In this document: one piece after another, positions 1 through 14,131 of the stretch
Numbering within the stretch: the stretch's first letter is position 1
Layout: every line of letters begins with the position of its first letter
Origin: Spironucleus salmonicida
Taxonomy: Eukaryota
Assembly (NCBI RefSeq): GCF_000497125.1
Contig: NC_090599.1
Span: 558,001-622,000, forward strand
Length of the DNA: 64,000 bases
Direction of reading: 5' to 3'
Translations under genes and position numbers: made by a program
The notes under the pieces: model-generated
Seen by the model: only the letters and a program-made list of their open reading frames with translations
Told to the model about the DNA's origin: nothing
Database searches by the model: none

Positions 1-738
1 ATGATCTATTGGGAATGTATTCTTACAAAATTACAAATTTGAGAGCTCAGGAGGAGCATCATCTTCTGGTTCTAGCTATTAAAATGTAACATTGTCACAA
101 TTCATATAAAAATAACTTTCTCTTGATTTTTAAAAGTTTTCTTCAATATCAATAGGTAAACCTACTGAATTTGAAACATATGACATAAACGCATTTTCTA
201 CCATCCAATCTCTTAATGAGTTAGTTTCTGGTCGTTCTTCATCCAAAATTAAGTCAAATTTCTTTCCTCCTAAGTTTTTCCCTACGCATACTATAAAATC
301 GGGATATACAAGGTACCATTCATTCCCTTCAAAATCTATTCCTAAACTGAAGTAATGATCAATATCTACCCCATCACGTTCATTATCTCCGAATTTCTAT
401 GTTGCATCACAATAAAATGTGTTAAGTAGCTGGGCAAAAACTTAATTTCTACCTGACAATGGCAATTCAGAAAATTCCTTGAAGTTCTGTAGATACACTA
501 ACTTTTTACATCGAGAATTCGGATTTTAATAAAACTATAGAGCTGCATTACAAGAATTCATAAATGGTGGTCTAACTCCCAATTTTAAAAGACAATAATG
601 AGCTATTATTGTACACAACAACCTATCTTCCGGTTACCTTAAAGTTAATGCTGCCATATATTCCTTGAAAGAAAAATGTGGCATATTAAGTAAATGCCTA
701 TTTTAATTTAGTGAAGAATAAGTGGAAAGAAAGTCCAT
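1..738 (-). CDS. Hypothetical protein with possible DDT + WHIM/WSD-like motifs (ISWI accessory subunit-like); runs off the window edge
   Basis: Code-6 ORF from ATG 738: MDFLSTYSSLNQNRHLLNMPHFSFKEYMAALTLRQPEDRLLCTIIAHYCLL resembles DDT (PFSFxxFxxAL...LLxxIHxxLL); LGIDFEGNEWY resembles LGxDxxGxxYW. C-rich motif upstream. Confidence 0.5.
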
Positions 739-958
739 TATATTAAAATTGGAGAGGGAAAATGGAACGATTTATATCATCATATTATTATATAGTTATA
801 AATACATAATTAAATGTATAAAACTAATGTAATTTAAATATAATAGAAAATCTTAAACATAGTGAATATAAAACAATTATAATATCATTATTAATTATAT
901 ATTATAAAATACAAAAATAATATTATATAATTATATAAACTTATTTTTCCGCATTAGA

Positions 959-3900
959 ATGCATTAAGAACTTATATCTGTACTGAACGAATCATTTGAC
1001 AATATCATCTAATAAGGGTTTTCCCAAATTAAGGACTATTTTAACCAACGCTAACTCCATGTCATGTTCGAAACTTCATTGAACTGCAACCCTAAAACCG
1101 ACCATTTAATGCCAAAAAATGTTTTTCCTATTTTCAAAGACCTACTTGAGTAGACATTCAAATAGACGTAAATACGGCTGATCCAGAGCGCATCTGATTC
1201 GATTAGAGAAATTGTCACACTGGATCAGGTTCTCCTCCCACCCCTTCCAGACAATGAGTTTTTGCTGACATTGTTGACCCAGAGCAAGAGGGCGCACCAG
1301 GATGCAATCAAGCAGTTCAGCGACGAAAAGGGAAAGCTGCTCGTCCAAGTATCGGACCTCAAACAGCAAATCTACTCGATGTGGAAGTCAGGAATGTGCT
1401 ATGCGCCGGATTTCATGGAAGACTTTTTCCAGAAAAGCGATAAGGACGACAAGCTGCAGCTCAAGGTCAAGAACCTCCTCAGCCAGCAGCACACGAAGGA
1501 GAAGAGCAGAATGGCCAAGCTCAGGAAGCACGTTATTTAGCAGGAGCAGGAGTTCGTGGGAAACATTTCTGATTTGGGCGTTTTGGAGATTATCTAGGTA
1601 CAGGCGAGCCTTAATGAGTCGAACAAAGTGCTTGATGACGCCGAGCAGTAAGTGGACACTTTCAATGTCAATTTTGTCAAAGATTTCAAAGATTTAGAGA
1701 GCAAGGAGTAGAAGTTACAGCGAGAAATAGCATAAATTTAAGCTAGAGCTAGAGATCTGCAGATTGATTTAACGTAGTCGCAATAGCTGATTGCATTCCT
1801 TAAGAGCAAGGTGCCTAGTGAGGATTGGGATAATCTAATCAGAGAGCAAAAGGATCTTATTGATAATGCTGATAAGCAGAGAAAGGCGTTAGATAGTTTG
1901 TATAGTCAAGATAGTAAGTTATCATTTGAATTATAAGATATATACTTTAAAAAGAAAGACATGATTAACTAGGATTTTGCAGAATAAAAAAACAACCTGC
2001 TTGATGACACTGAGTCCATAGTTAATGGGCACAACGAACGAGTTAGATAATTGTTATAAGATCCATCTTCAATGAATGTTAATCAAATTTAATAGCTGTA
2101 AAAAGAATACTAAAACCTATTTGACAATAATGGCGATATGTAGATTGAAATCTAGAAGATGAAAGATCAATGTGAAGGATATCTCTCATAAATTACTGAT
2201 TTAGAGACAAGTTAAATTAAACTTAGCGAAACTACTAAAGTTAAGAGCTCAAAAGGAGGTAAAGAATCTAAAGAAAGCAATCATAAAGATAAGAAAAAGG
2301 AAATCCTGGATACGGGAGTGCCAAAAGGGAAAAAGAAAATTACTCCTAAACTGGATATGAAAGCCACAACAGACTCTGCAGATCCGTCTAGTAAAAATAA
2401 TAATTAGAAGCACAAGGAAAGTGGGAGTTTAGGAATATTCTCACCTCAGTCTGCAACAAGAAATAAATATTTAGAAACTGCTGGCTGTAAAATTTAGACG
2501 TAAACAGACTTATCATTAATGCATGTAACTAATTAAATGATTTAATAGGCTGCACAGTAATAACTAGATGAATTTGAATTAGACGAAATTACTGGGTAAT
2601 ATAAGAATAAAGTAACAGGATAAATTATTTCAAAGGAGGAATTTGAAAAACTATAGACATACATAAAGGAATAATTGCTTAATAATTATTCCCCAGTAAC
2701 CAAAAACTCAGTTATCGATTTAGATGACTTTGCTTCTTCCTAAACTACTTTTACAAAATAAAACTCGCTTTAATAATCATCTGAAACACATGTATTGTCT
2801 TAAAAATAATAAGCATCAAAATTAGATCAGAAATAAGAGTTTGATTTTGATCCATCTACTGGATCCTATGTAGATCAAAAAACTGGGTTGATATATTCTA
2901 AAGAAGAATATTAAAGAATCTAAGCTGAATAACAAACTGTTGATATATAACTATTAAAACAATAAGAGATTTCCCGTTTAAAGAAAGAATTTGAGAATAA
3001 GTTTACATATGATCCTGAAACTGGTACTTATACCAATATTGAGACAGGTGAATAATTATCCAAAGATGAGTATAAATCTTTGTTGCAGTTAAATGAAATC
3101 TAAAATTTAGAGACTGTAAATTAATTATCTGAACATGATATTAAAAATTTATAAGGCTCACTATCAGATAATTAGGCTTCTAATACTATCGATACAGAGT
3201 ATAATAACATATATAACAATAAAAAATTATTAAAAGGCCAGACTAATTAAACTTAAAAATACTAGTAAAAATATGAAGATTTTGAATTTAACCCTGAAAC
3301 TGGCGACTATATTAACCGCAACACAGGTGAAACTATCTCGAAACAAGAGTACAGTTAAAATAATAAAAAAGTACCAAATTCACCATTATCGAAAAATTCT
3401 GTTGAAGAACAAATATTTACACTTTTTGGTCTTAAATATAACATATAAGATTCACCTTATTCATTTTTGCTTAATAATAATTTACTGCCAAATCATACTA
3501 TAGATATAAGAAGTTACATTAGTTAGCTTAAGTCAAAGAATAACAATATTTCAGAATTTGAATAAGAAAATTAATAATTTTAAACTAACATAAATACAAT
3601 TAATGAAGCATTTAATGTTGCTAAAAATGCCTTGTATGCGAAAAACTTTGGAGTTTAAGTAGTCTATGGTTAAATGAATGATGGCGATGTTGAAAATATC
3701 GAAGGAAATGAGCTTAACACTCGTTAAGATACAAGTATTAAAAGACACTTAACAGTAAAGCCAAATGGAAACCAGTTTTTGACAAATTACTATAAAGATG
3801 TGCCTGGAGCAAATGTTTATGAAAAATTATTCAATTCTGCAAAAGTCTTAAAAGAACGTTAATAAGAAAGAATGTTTAAGTATGGTGTTAATTTACAATA

Positions 3901-4552
3901 GAAATTAGCATCGCAACTGGAAAAGTAGTTAACCGAAAGTGTAGTTTTTGGATAGAAATTCTTTTACGAAATGGAGTTTTAAGATTCTGAAGAGGCATCT
4001 CAATTAACAATGTCTGCTTAGGAGATTATGAAGGCAGAAGGCTAACAGCGCATGGAAATGCTTAAATCAAAAATACTTGACTCTGACCTTAAGATTAGCT
4101 AGGGTATGTCAGTTATTACTCAACAAAAACCATAATTAGTTAATAAATAACTTTTATCTCTAGATGATCTTCAACAGAACTGGCGTGAAAATATTTAAAG
4201 CTCATCAGTATTGTATCTTGCTGAACGCTAGCTTACAAAGTCACATTTAACAAAATCAACCTATAAATTTTTATTAGAAATGCCTGGTGATACATATAAA
4301 AACTTTATTAAAACATAAATGTAGCAAAAACCTGAATCATTTAAAGGATATTTGAATAAATCTAGTGCTGGTATTAATCCAGATAGTACATTGTTATAAA
4401 GTAGTTAAGGAACGAGAACTACAGATGTGCATAGTATGCGTATTGGAAAGAACCTTCCAGTAATTTCTCCAGTTTCTCACTCTAAGTTCCCTCGAAAAGG
4501 AATTAGTAATTTAGAAATTCGAAATTATCAGAAATAAAATATATTTAAGTGA
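959..4552 (+). CDS. Large (~1197 aa) coiled-coil protein with four internal F-x-F/Y-(D/N)PxTGxYxxxxTGxxxSKxEY-like repeats
   Basis: Code-6 frame (includes track ORF 1262-1540) from ATG 959 to AAGTGA at 4552; frame spot-checked, not read codon by codon throughout. Confidence 0.75.
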
Positions 4553-4633
4553 TTGGAAAGATGAACCATAGTATGATTATAGTATACTTATAATAATATT
4601 TATAAACCATTCCTTTTTCATTCCACAAGTCAA

Positions 4634-5395
4634 ATGTCCTACTCTTCCTTTTAAGCTAATATTTGGTTAGATCAGCCTGCTTTTTCGTCTGAATCTGGAT
4701 TCCGTCGTTATGATGAACGTTCAACTTTTCTTAACCTTGAGCAGCAGCCTCAGGCATATCTTGCTCGTGTGACTGGTATATCATGTGGCCGTCGTAGTTT
4801 AGAGTCTACTCCTGATTTTTCAATCTTCCCTAATTTGCATTTCCTTGAACTTGATGACAATAACTTAAAAGAAATTCCAGGGCTTGCTAAGCTTGTAAAA
4901 TTAGAGGTGTTGAAAATTAATAAAAATTTCCTAACTGATCTTTCGGATGTTGAGAAATTGACAAAATTAATTCGTCTTGATGTAGACTTTAACGAGTTAG
5001 CCAAGCTTCCTGAGTTAGGTCATTTGAAATATTTACGCAGCATTCATGCTCTTCCAAATCCTTTATAGTTCACTTCCAGCTTACCTGCTAAAACTTAAAT
5101 GGACTAACGTGCTATTGAATGGTATGAAAGATTAGTGCAAAAGATGGAAACGCTTCCTATTTATAATGGTGAGCCTATTTAATATAGCACCAGAACTACT
5201 TCTGATAAGCGCAACAATAGAAATAATTTCTAACAAAACAAAGATGGTAATAAAAGAAATTTTGGTGGCTAATAACATTTTAACCGTCCTCCCGTTGCAT
5301 CTAGTTCATAGAACTAAGATGCTCTTGTTGAAGAGTTAAGAAACGAAATTTACTAGCTTCAGTAAGAAATTGTTCAACTTAAGCGCAATAAGTGA
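4634..5395 (+). CDS. Leucine-rich repeat protein (253 aa) with C-terminal coiled coil
   Basis: LxxLxLxxNxL repeats (NLHFLELDDNNLKEI, KLEVLKINKNFLTDL, KLIRLDVDFNELAKL); ends AAGTGA. Confidence 0.85.
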
Positions 5396-5668
5396 TTCCA
5401 TTTACTTGCTTACATATTACTATTATATTGATTAAAATAGTGCTTGATTTGTAGGTTAATTGCATTACTCAAATAAAACTAGTCTAAAAAGTTAATTTCT
5501 TTTTTATTTGATAAATAAGTTTATACTAGTACTTTTATTGGTTAAATAATTCTTCCAGCATAATTCATAATATTTTGACTAGATTAAAGGCTAATTCTAT
5601 TTTTAGAATACTCATACTCAATATATTAAATATCCAGTAAATATATTATAATGTAACGGCATTGCAAA

Positions 5669-6043
5669 ATGAACCTTAATCTTAAGTTATTGCATGGACA
5701 TACTACATAGTCACTAAACAAAAATATTGATTTAACAAAAAGTTATAATTAGGCTTTTCAAGAGTAAATACTGGATGTAAATTTATCATAACTTTCAGCT
5801 CGCTAGATTAAAGCAGAACTCATTACAATTGAATATAGTGACTCTACACCTAGCGAAGATTACAGTTCTCTGGATTAGTTATTATTTTGTTAGTAAATTT
5901 ATATTTAGAAGTTAAAATTACGGGCACTTGTTGACCATATTGTGCAAATTTCTACTAAAGCTGACCAATTAATATATTAAATATCTAAATATAACTTAAA
6001 AATGGTGTATTTAAATAAGAAATTACATAAACATAGAATATGA
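5669..6043 (+). CDS. Hypothetical protein (124 aa)
   Basis: Code-6 ORF, AAAATG start context, no recognisable motif. Confidence 0.45.
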
Positions 6044-6087
6044 TTATTATATAGTAAATATTGTATTTTTTCACTTTATTACTTTAA

Positions 6088-6696
6088 ATGGAGAAAATTA
6101 ATGCAGCAATCGAAAAAGTAAATATGGAAGTTTCCAGAACCTAGGTAAATAAATCAACAGAAACACACTTAGGTATGTTGAGATAAAAATTGTCAAAACT
6201 AAATCAACAAAAATAGGCGTTAGTTTTATAATAGTAACAAAAAGCAAATTAATCATAGAACTTAACACTGAAAGTGAAATCTAAGTCAAAAGTTAATTCT
6301 TCATGTTTACTTGATTTACAGAATTAATTTTTATAGCACGGACTTGAGCAGCGATAAATTCATTAAATCTATGCTGATAAATTTTCAATAGATGAATAGA
6401 AAAAACAAGATGCAAATGTAGATTTCACTTAGTATTTTGCAAATTATTCATAAAAAGATAAGATAGAACTATTATGTGAAAAGGTACTGCCTATTATACT
6501 TGATAATTTCCAAGTATAATTAAAAACTAAACCTTTATAAGTAGTTAAAGTAGGAGAGATTCTTATGTCATTGCGACCATTTGCAGCAACTTAAGTAATG
6601 CAACCTTAAATACTTGAATTAGTATAATAATGCTTTGAAATAGAAGAGTTGCAAGAATTTTTGGGAATTTGTAAAGACATTTGTGATGTTCTCTGA
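6088..6696 (+). CDS. Hypothetical protein (202 aa)
   Basis: Code-6 ORF MEKINAAIEKVNMEVSRTQ..., Gln-rich via TAA/TAG. Confidence 0.6.
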
Positions 6697-6755
6697 TAAA
6701 AGAAGGGTTAAGTATATTAGTAATTATTTATCTTTATATATTATTTTATATTAAA

Positions 6756-6989
6756 ATGAGTTAACGATCAAAATTTACTAATTTGTAAGATTCTTTACTG
6801 ATTTTAGGAATTAATAAGCATGCTTTAGATTTTGATTCAATTCAATAAGAATACCTACCTGAATATTCCTCTAAGTAATTGCAATATCGGTATAAGGTGT
6901 TATCAAAATAACGAAAGTATAAAGTAGATTCTAAAAGATTAGCTGAAATCCTGCTCAGAAAAGAATAAGACAAAAAACAACTAGAGTGA
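6756..6989 (+). CDS. Small Myb/SANT-like domain protein (77 aa)
   Basis: KFTNLQDSLLILGINKHALDFDSIQQEYLPEYSSKQLQYRYK fits the FTxxEDxLLxLGxxxxGxxWxxIxxxxLPxxSxxQxxxRY pattern; ends GAGTGA. Confidence 0.65.
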
Positions 6990-6998
6990 AGAAATCTA

Positions 6999-7313
6999 TC
7001 AATCTGTCATTGATAAAATTTATACAATAATTAAATATGACAATAATCCAAATGAAAAAGTAACCAACAAAAGATAAAGCTTTCGCTTATTATATAAGCT
7101 TATTCGCATCATAATATCATTTATGATCTGTTTTTCTTATGAATATTCTAAATATGGATAAATTTTATTAAGGTTCCTCAAAACTGCTTAAATATCATAC
7201 CTATTTAAAGCTTATCTGTATCCAGTGTAGTACTAATAAAACTTATCATATCGTTTCTAAGTTACAAAATAAATCCCAGATATTTACTATAACTGAGAAA
7301 TGAAACTTGTCAT
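6999..7313 (-). CDS. Hypothetical protein with C-terminal hydrophobic helix (104 aa)
   Basis: Code-6 ORF; LYLLLVTFSFGLLSYLIIV near the C-terminus. Confidence 0.4.
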
Positions 7314-7412
7314 TTTAAGTCAATATTATACTATAATCTATAATATAACAATAATCTAAATATTTATTTTAAGCTATTATTTTCTGACAACCATTATATT
7401 TAATAGTGCTTC

Positions 7413-7757
7413 TCACTCAACAACATCATAACCTGTTGGTACATATAATTTATTTCTTTTCTCTAAAAGAACCAGTTTTCTTTTTTACTCAGATAAAAAC
7501 GATGCTTTTTTTGATGCCTGAAATAATCCAAATATATGTGCAAATATTACCATTTCCATAATCAAAATGAAAGCTAAGCAAACTGATAGATATATTAGTC
7601 TAGATTTAATATCCTAATAAATTTATGTGTACTGCAGAATTTAATATATAGAATACGATATGCCTGATACTAATGTGATAACAACCACTTAAGTCAGTGA
7701 TAGATAACAACAAATGAATCCTTTAGAAGGTTTACCCAAAAAGATATCAATAAACAT
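7413..7757 (-). CDS. Small two-TM membrane protein (114 aa)
   Basis: Code-6 ORF with two hydrophobic stretches; ends GAGTGA. Confidence 0.5.
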
Positions 7758-7866
7758 TTTTTTCTAATGAATTAATATACAATATTAAATAATTAATTGG
7801 AATATTTAAATTTATATCATTATTATATCATAGTAGATATATAAATACAATTCATCCTCTAAGAAA

Positions 7867-9117
7867 ATGCTGAAGCAGTAGAAAGACCAACTTATTGAAG
7901 ATTCCGCTGTGGAGGATATAAAACAACATAAATCTCTACCAATTTCCGAACAAATATCATATTACACCGATATGGAGCGTGTGTATAGACTCCGTGCGGA
8001 CACCATTTCTGCGCCAATTTACGCCCTCAGCCTCCTGGAAACGATCGAATAGCCCCAGTAAAGGCTCATAACAGCGCAATCACTATTCAAAGCCCGCTCC
8101 CAATTTCCTTCCACATAAGAAAAAATTTCCGAATTTTTACTATAATTCCTAAATAACGATCTCCAGCTTTTGACGCTTTTCACTCAAATGACACGCTCGT
8201 CAATAAACGTCGAAAAGTACTTTTTGGTGGCTGAAATTAAGCGAATTTAGCTCCTGGAGCCCCAAGAAGCCGCAAACGCAGCAGAGAAAATATCATCAGA
8301 ATCAGCCCTTTAAGTGGACTTTTCGACGCGACTTGAGTATCTCTACACGCAATTCCAGCTCGTTGAGGCCATAAAAGACCCCGTTCGTGTCCTGCTAATC
8401 GCTCAAAAATATAACGCAAAGGCTTTCGAAAACTATCTAAAATCAGATAGTTCCGCAGAATTGAAATTGAAATCCCACGAATTCAGGAGCAAAATTTTGC
8501 TCATAATCGCAAGGGCGCACATCAGCCAAAAGAGGTGGTTTTCAGCTTCAAATTTGCTGTTTGAGAGCGCCATTTCGATGATCGAATGTTCGCTAAAAGG
8601 AGTGGAAAACGTATTTGAAATTGCATTGATTTGCGGATTCATTAGCGGAAATGCTGAAAAAATCGTAGAAAGTGGATATTTCACGATCGGAAAGGATGTT
8701 GCGAAGAGAATAATACATGATAATATGAATGATAATTGCAAGAAAATCGCTGAAATCGTACTCAAAAAGGAGATTTAGCACTACCAGATTTTGCAAAATT
8801 TAGATTTTTCGTTTTTACAAAATAAAGAAATGGAAAGTCAAATTGTATTCGGATTCGTGAAATTGTAATTTGACAAAATATACAAGGTGTTCACTAGGAT
8901 CACTTTGCAGAAATTGAGCCAAATGATTGGTGTTGACAGTGTCGAAATCGAGAAAGTGCTAATTTAAAACGACTATTTAATCAGCATTGACAGGGTGACC
9001 GGAATTATCGATATTGGGGTCAAAAATAAGGATTTGGACTATAAAACCATGGGATAAAGTGTTTAGGAGATCCTGTGGAACGTTGCCGAAATTAGCTATT
9101 TGTTGTGGGAGAAGTGA
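7867..9117 (+). CDS. RPN5: 26S proteasome lid subunit Rpn5/PSMD12 (PCI domain), 416 aa
   Basis: QFQLVEAIKDPVRVLLIAQK resembles [20 protein letters not shown]; C-terminal PCI segment YKVFTRITLQKLSQMIG...IDRVTGIIDI resembles YYTRITMKRMAQLL...VDRLAGIINF. Confidence 0.8.
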
Positions 9118-9137
9118 TATGATAAAAAATTATATAT

Positions 9138-9341
9138 TCACTAATAGTCAGATATTGTAAGTTCTGTCGATGAAGATTCTAGAATTTACGTGAAGTGATC
9201 CAACTTTTTCTGCTTATTTTCAAGCTAGGAAGGTCCTTTTTGCTAAATAACTTTTCCTAGTTGCAATTCCATAAGCTATGCTTCCTGCTCTTACTTAATC
9301 TAAGTTTGGAGATCTTTAACCTTTTTATACAAAGTGTTCAT
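9138..9341 (-). CDS. Small hypothetical protein (67 aa)
   Basis: Code-6 ORF preceded by CCCACTCC motif and ending TAGTGA. Confidence 0.4.
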
Positions 9342-9942
9342 TATTGGAGTGGGTGTATGATGAGTATAAATACCATAACAATAGCAAAAGCTAATAACAT
9401 TATAATCATTTATAATTTGCTAGAATAATGCGCTCCTATGTAAACTGGTTTAGCTCCTAGTCATAGTATTTTAGCTTTTTCTTGTAAATGTCAATCTGCA
9501 TAGGAGATGAGTGAATACACGACTTTCCAACTTTTGAATTTAAATCCATCTATTCGATTGCTTCTTCTAGCAACTAGCATATTTTTTACCGTTTGGCTAA
9601 TAGGTCTATCTTCCTGTTCATTCTAAAATAAGGAGGAATTAAATATATAAAAAAATAATATCTGGAGAAAAAAGAATTGTATTTAAAATTAATATTTTCA
9701 TAAATATTTTATAATATAAAAGGGGAAATATTTTTAATTATCTGTATAATTCGATAAAATTATAGTTTATTGATAATAATAATAATTGATAAAGGTTTTT
9801 GTGGTTCGGAATGAATTAATATAAATAATAATATAATATTATTATTATTTTATAAATTTTATAACTGTATATAAATGTATTTAAGTAATATTATATTAAA
9901 ATTTTATTACCATATTATATCGATATATGATCTAAATTAAAA

Positions 9943-10485
9943 ATGCTAGCGGTTTTAGCCTACACTATTACGGTGCCAAACGAAGAAAAAGTATGTTTTG
10001 GTCAAGAGTTAATTAGTACATCATCTATGTAAATAACTGTTTTCGTAGTTTCTGGTGGGGACCTTCAAATTTCAGCCAAATTAACTGACCCAGTTCATAG
10101 AGAGATAAAAACAATTCATAAAGAGTCTATGTTTACTTTTATCGAAAATTATGCATAGGAAGGGACATATTAATTTTGCTTTTGGAATTATGATCTCTAG
10201 CCAAGGCAAGTATCCTTTTTTATCGTTATTTAGGAACCCATTTAAAAAGTTGAGTTAGACTCTGTAGACTAAAAATTACTTACTTCATAGGAAAGAATGT
10301 TGAAAGTTTAGCAATTTTAAAGATAGTAATAATAAATGGATAATAGGTTAATTTTTATATTATAAACAGTAAAATCATCTCTTAGTTATAATGCATTCAT
10401 GAAAATTGTGGTCATAATTGGATGTGGTGGGTTTTAGATTTATAGTTTCAAAAGGTACTTCACTAAGAAGAGAACTGCAGTCTGA
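9943..10485 (+). CDS. p24/emp24/gp25L (GOLD domain) cargo receptor, 180 aa
   Basis: ITVPNEEKVCF...VVSGGDLQI...GTYQFCFWN, coiled coil, TM and tail FKRYFTKKRTAV. Confidence 0.9.
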
Positions 10486-10895
10486 TAAATTTTCATTATT
10501 TTTAAAGCATATTTGCCGTTAAAAAATTTTTATTGATTGGATCAGTAAAATGTATATACAAACCAAAAAAATACAGATTTTTATTATAAGGGCTTTGTAA
10601 CAATTTCTATAAACATGTAACAAATTAATAATTAAAAGATATTTAAAGAGCCTTTACGAATAATAATTATTCATTAATAATTTTTGAAATAAGGAACTAT
10701 CTATCTAGTAACTTAATATCAATTTTATATTCTGTTTATTTGAGCAAAATTTGTCGAATCAACAAATATTTATTTGAAGAAAAGACAAATTTATATTATA
10801 CTAGTGATTCATAATTTCATTTCTAAGTTTTATATAATAACGCCTAAATTTATAAACTCGAATTAAATATATAATAATGTACTATGTTGATTAAA

Positions 10896-11492
10896 ATGAA
10901 AGAAAATCTACCACCCTTGTATTTCGTACCACCTTTAGTTTTTTAGCCATAAACTTCACGAAATTAATCACCTATAGTTAAACTTTCTAATACTATTACG
11001 AGTAGGTCCAAATCTCTCCCAGATATCGATAAAGTCAAAATAATTAATAATCCTGTGCCAAGATTATCTGGCTCACCAATAGCACTAGTTTCCTTTATTA
11101 CAACTTCCACAGAATGCTAGATGAGGATGCCATATGTTGTTTAACTCTAAAAGTTGTACCCCAAAATTTTTTTCTTACTTATCTCTGTCCAAAAGCTTGA
11201 TGTTCTAGTCAAAACTTTTATGGAAATTCCAGAGCTTCTTTATTTAAACATTGCATGTGATCAGTAGGGAGTATTTAGGTCATTTTTGAGTTAATATAGT
11301 CAAATGGGTCTACCTCACGTTTTTGCATTTGATGAAAACGAGTCACTTATCTTTGATGGATAGCCACAATCACCAGAGCTTAAATCTAAACTATCTCGAA
11401 TTTAAGGAAAGTTCTCTATTTAGTCTCAGCCACGAAAATGCAGTCCAAGCCGAATTATGGAAATGAAATAAATGCTCTCAGGTAGGAAATGA
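10896..11492 (+). CDS. Thioredoxin-fold (TlpA/redoxin-like) protein lacking CxxC; paralog of 39649-40395
   Basis: ECQMRMPYVVQLQKLYP...GLPHVFAFDENESLIFDGQP pattern; aligns by eye with the paralog (SIPHVFIFN...IWDGHP; SPSR). Confidence 0.65.
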
Positions 11493-11530
11493 TAAGTACC
11501 GTAAGACCGCAACTGAATATTTAAGTTATA

Positions 11531-14131
11531 TCACTCTAGGACATTATCGATGGTAACCATCTCCTGCTTGCTTACACCATTTATAAAAAGGCTAAGTTTA
11601 ATTTTGATGCCAAATTTATCGCCTATCATATTGATTTTCTATGTGATATTTTTTCCAGAAGACAAGTTCTAACCTGATGCAACATCACTAATGACCTGAA
11701 CGCCAGTATGACCTGCATAAAGTGCTTTTAGTTTCACATCAGTACTAACATTCGTGTATAAAAATTGAACTTCTACACCTTTTTCTGTTTTTCTGGCTCT
11801 GGTGAAAATTTTCACAAACTAGTTTTCAAAAACTAATTTGTTAAGATTTTAGGATTGATTTAAGCCCATTATATCTTCCAAAAGATTAACCTTCTGCTGA
11901 ATAATTAAAGGTTTCTATGGTTCCTATGGCATTAAATCTAATAAATCTTCAACTGGAGGAGTAATTTTTCTAGAAACATCTGACTGTGGAGTAATGCGTG
12001 GTTCTGACTTTGGTAAAAATGGTTACTTAGAAGTAGGTTAGATATTTGCAAAATTACCACGTGTAGGAGCTTACATTGGAACAACTGGGATGTTTGGAAT
12101 CATTTGTAAAGGAATAATTTATTATGGAACTATTTACTAAATCTACTAGTTTGGTATAATCTATTAAATCTGTTATTATGGTAAAATAACCTATTATTAA
12201 ATAATTTATTAGCTTATAACTTGAGGAACTACTTACGCAACAACTTATGGCACTACTCTCTTACTACCTTCTGTAATTTATATTTTACTAACAGCTTTTG
12301 GTGGTGGAGGTATTTTTCCAAGAATTCCTGCTGCCTTGGGATTTCTAATAGAAAGGAAGTATTCACATGCTCTTTATTAAACTTCAGGATCATATGACTT
12401 CATGAGGCTTGACAGTAATTAGTGTGCCTATTCGCATGGTGACTTAGATTTAACAATAAATTTAGCTAGCGTAGAAACCGAATATTTAACCAAAAGCTAA
12501 GATTAAATTGAGCCTTCTACAATATTGTAGATTACATTAATTATTTCAATAGGCGACTAAACTAATACTGCTAACTCGCCAATGATGTATAATGATGCTG
12601 AAATTAAAGATTCATTATATAAAAGTGTCTATTCTGTTAAAGTAGAAGTTAATATGGCACTAAATGTATCATGAGCCTACTACTCTAGTTTCTTTTCTCT
12701 TGATACTAAAGAAGTAATCTAGCTTACTAAATCTTTGTTTATTTTAGTTGGGCCACATAATTAAAGACACTTAACATAAACCTCAAATTCCCATTTGGGA
12801 TCAGTAGAAAACATTTCAGCAATAAAAGCAACTGAGCTAACGATTTCCTATCTAATATCTTCGTTAAGAGCATCTTATAATATATAATATCTTCCATCTT
12901 AACTTTTACCTATTAGATTTAATAAACGTTAAATTATTATTTCGGCAGATTAGGAATCGGATATCAAAACTAATAAATTAAGAGCCCTTCTTCTTAAAGT
13001 CACAGACGACTCTTCCATACAATTTAATATAATATCTCTATTTCTTTACACACCTTAAGATTCTCCAGTTCTTTGAATAATTTAAACTATACTAGCTAAT
13101 GCTGAATATCTAACAGATTAATTTTTGTGATCTAAGCTTTATGTGAGAGAATCTGCAGCAGATGCTCTTAAGTTTTACAGTAAAACTTCGTTTCCTTCAA
13201 AAATTACTTCAGGTAATCTCATTATTGCTTTTGAGCATTCAAATATTAAAGCTATACGTGCTGTGACTCTTTCACCATTTTTATATCCTGTTGTTACAAT
13301 TTGCTCTAAAACCTCAGACAGTTTAACGCAATCGATAAATTACTTATCGACTTTCAATGTTAACTCAGAAACAAATCTAATTATCGCTGCCTATAAAAAT
13401 GGGTCTGAAACACCACCAATATCATGATCAACCGACTGATACTTAGGAGAAGACAATCTCTATAAGACTCCAACAAAATGCTGGAATTTATTGGAAAATA
13501 AATTAATACTAGAAGGAACACATCTTAGAAGTTCAATACCTAGTTCACACCCAGTCATACAAACAGAATGGACCTTGCTATTTACCGCATCTAAGCAAGG
13601 ATCAACAAAACTCTCAGCTATATCAGGGCACAATTAAATAGTTTTTAATGCAGCTATAAGTGCCTTTTTATGAAGACTATAAGATGTCCCCTCTTTTAAG
13701 CATATTTTAATCGACTCGCTGAGTTCAGAAAACATATCAGCAGTACCAATTTATGCTAAAGCTACAATAGCTATTTACTATCTGGTTTTTACATTAGATT
13801 CTAAATCTTATTTTATTGTATTACAAGTCATTGTAATATACATATCATTATCATGTGGAATCATAGCCATAGCTAGATATGCCAAACGCTTTTCCTTATG
13901 ATTTTTTGCAGACTAACATAAGTTAACAATTGCCATTTCTCCCCATGATACATTATGGCCTACCATGGAGGAATAAATAAGTTTAGATATATTGACTGAT
14001 TGATTTTACTGGTCTTTCTATTTAAGGGAAGTTCTGATAACAGCTAATTCATCTTAAATAACGTGATATTCCTAATTGCTTGATTTTGAGGCTCTAACAC
14101 GCTTAATAAGTTCATCACAAGAAATTGACAT
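11531..14131 (-). CDS. AP1G: AP-1 complex gamma-adaptin (866 aa) with Q/I/P-rich hinge and C-terminal ear
   Basis: N-terminus DELIKRVRASKS...IQDELAVIRTSL...NISKLIYSSMVGH...KEKRLAYLA...MTCNTIKQDL matches the gamma-adaptin trunk. Confidence 0.88.
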
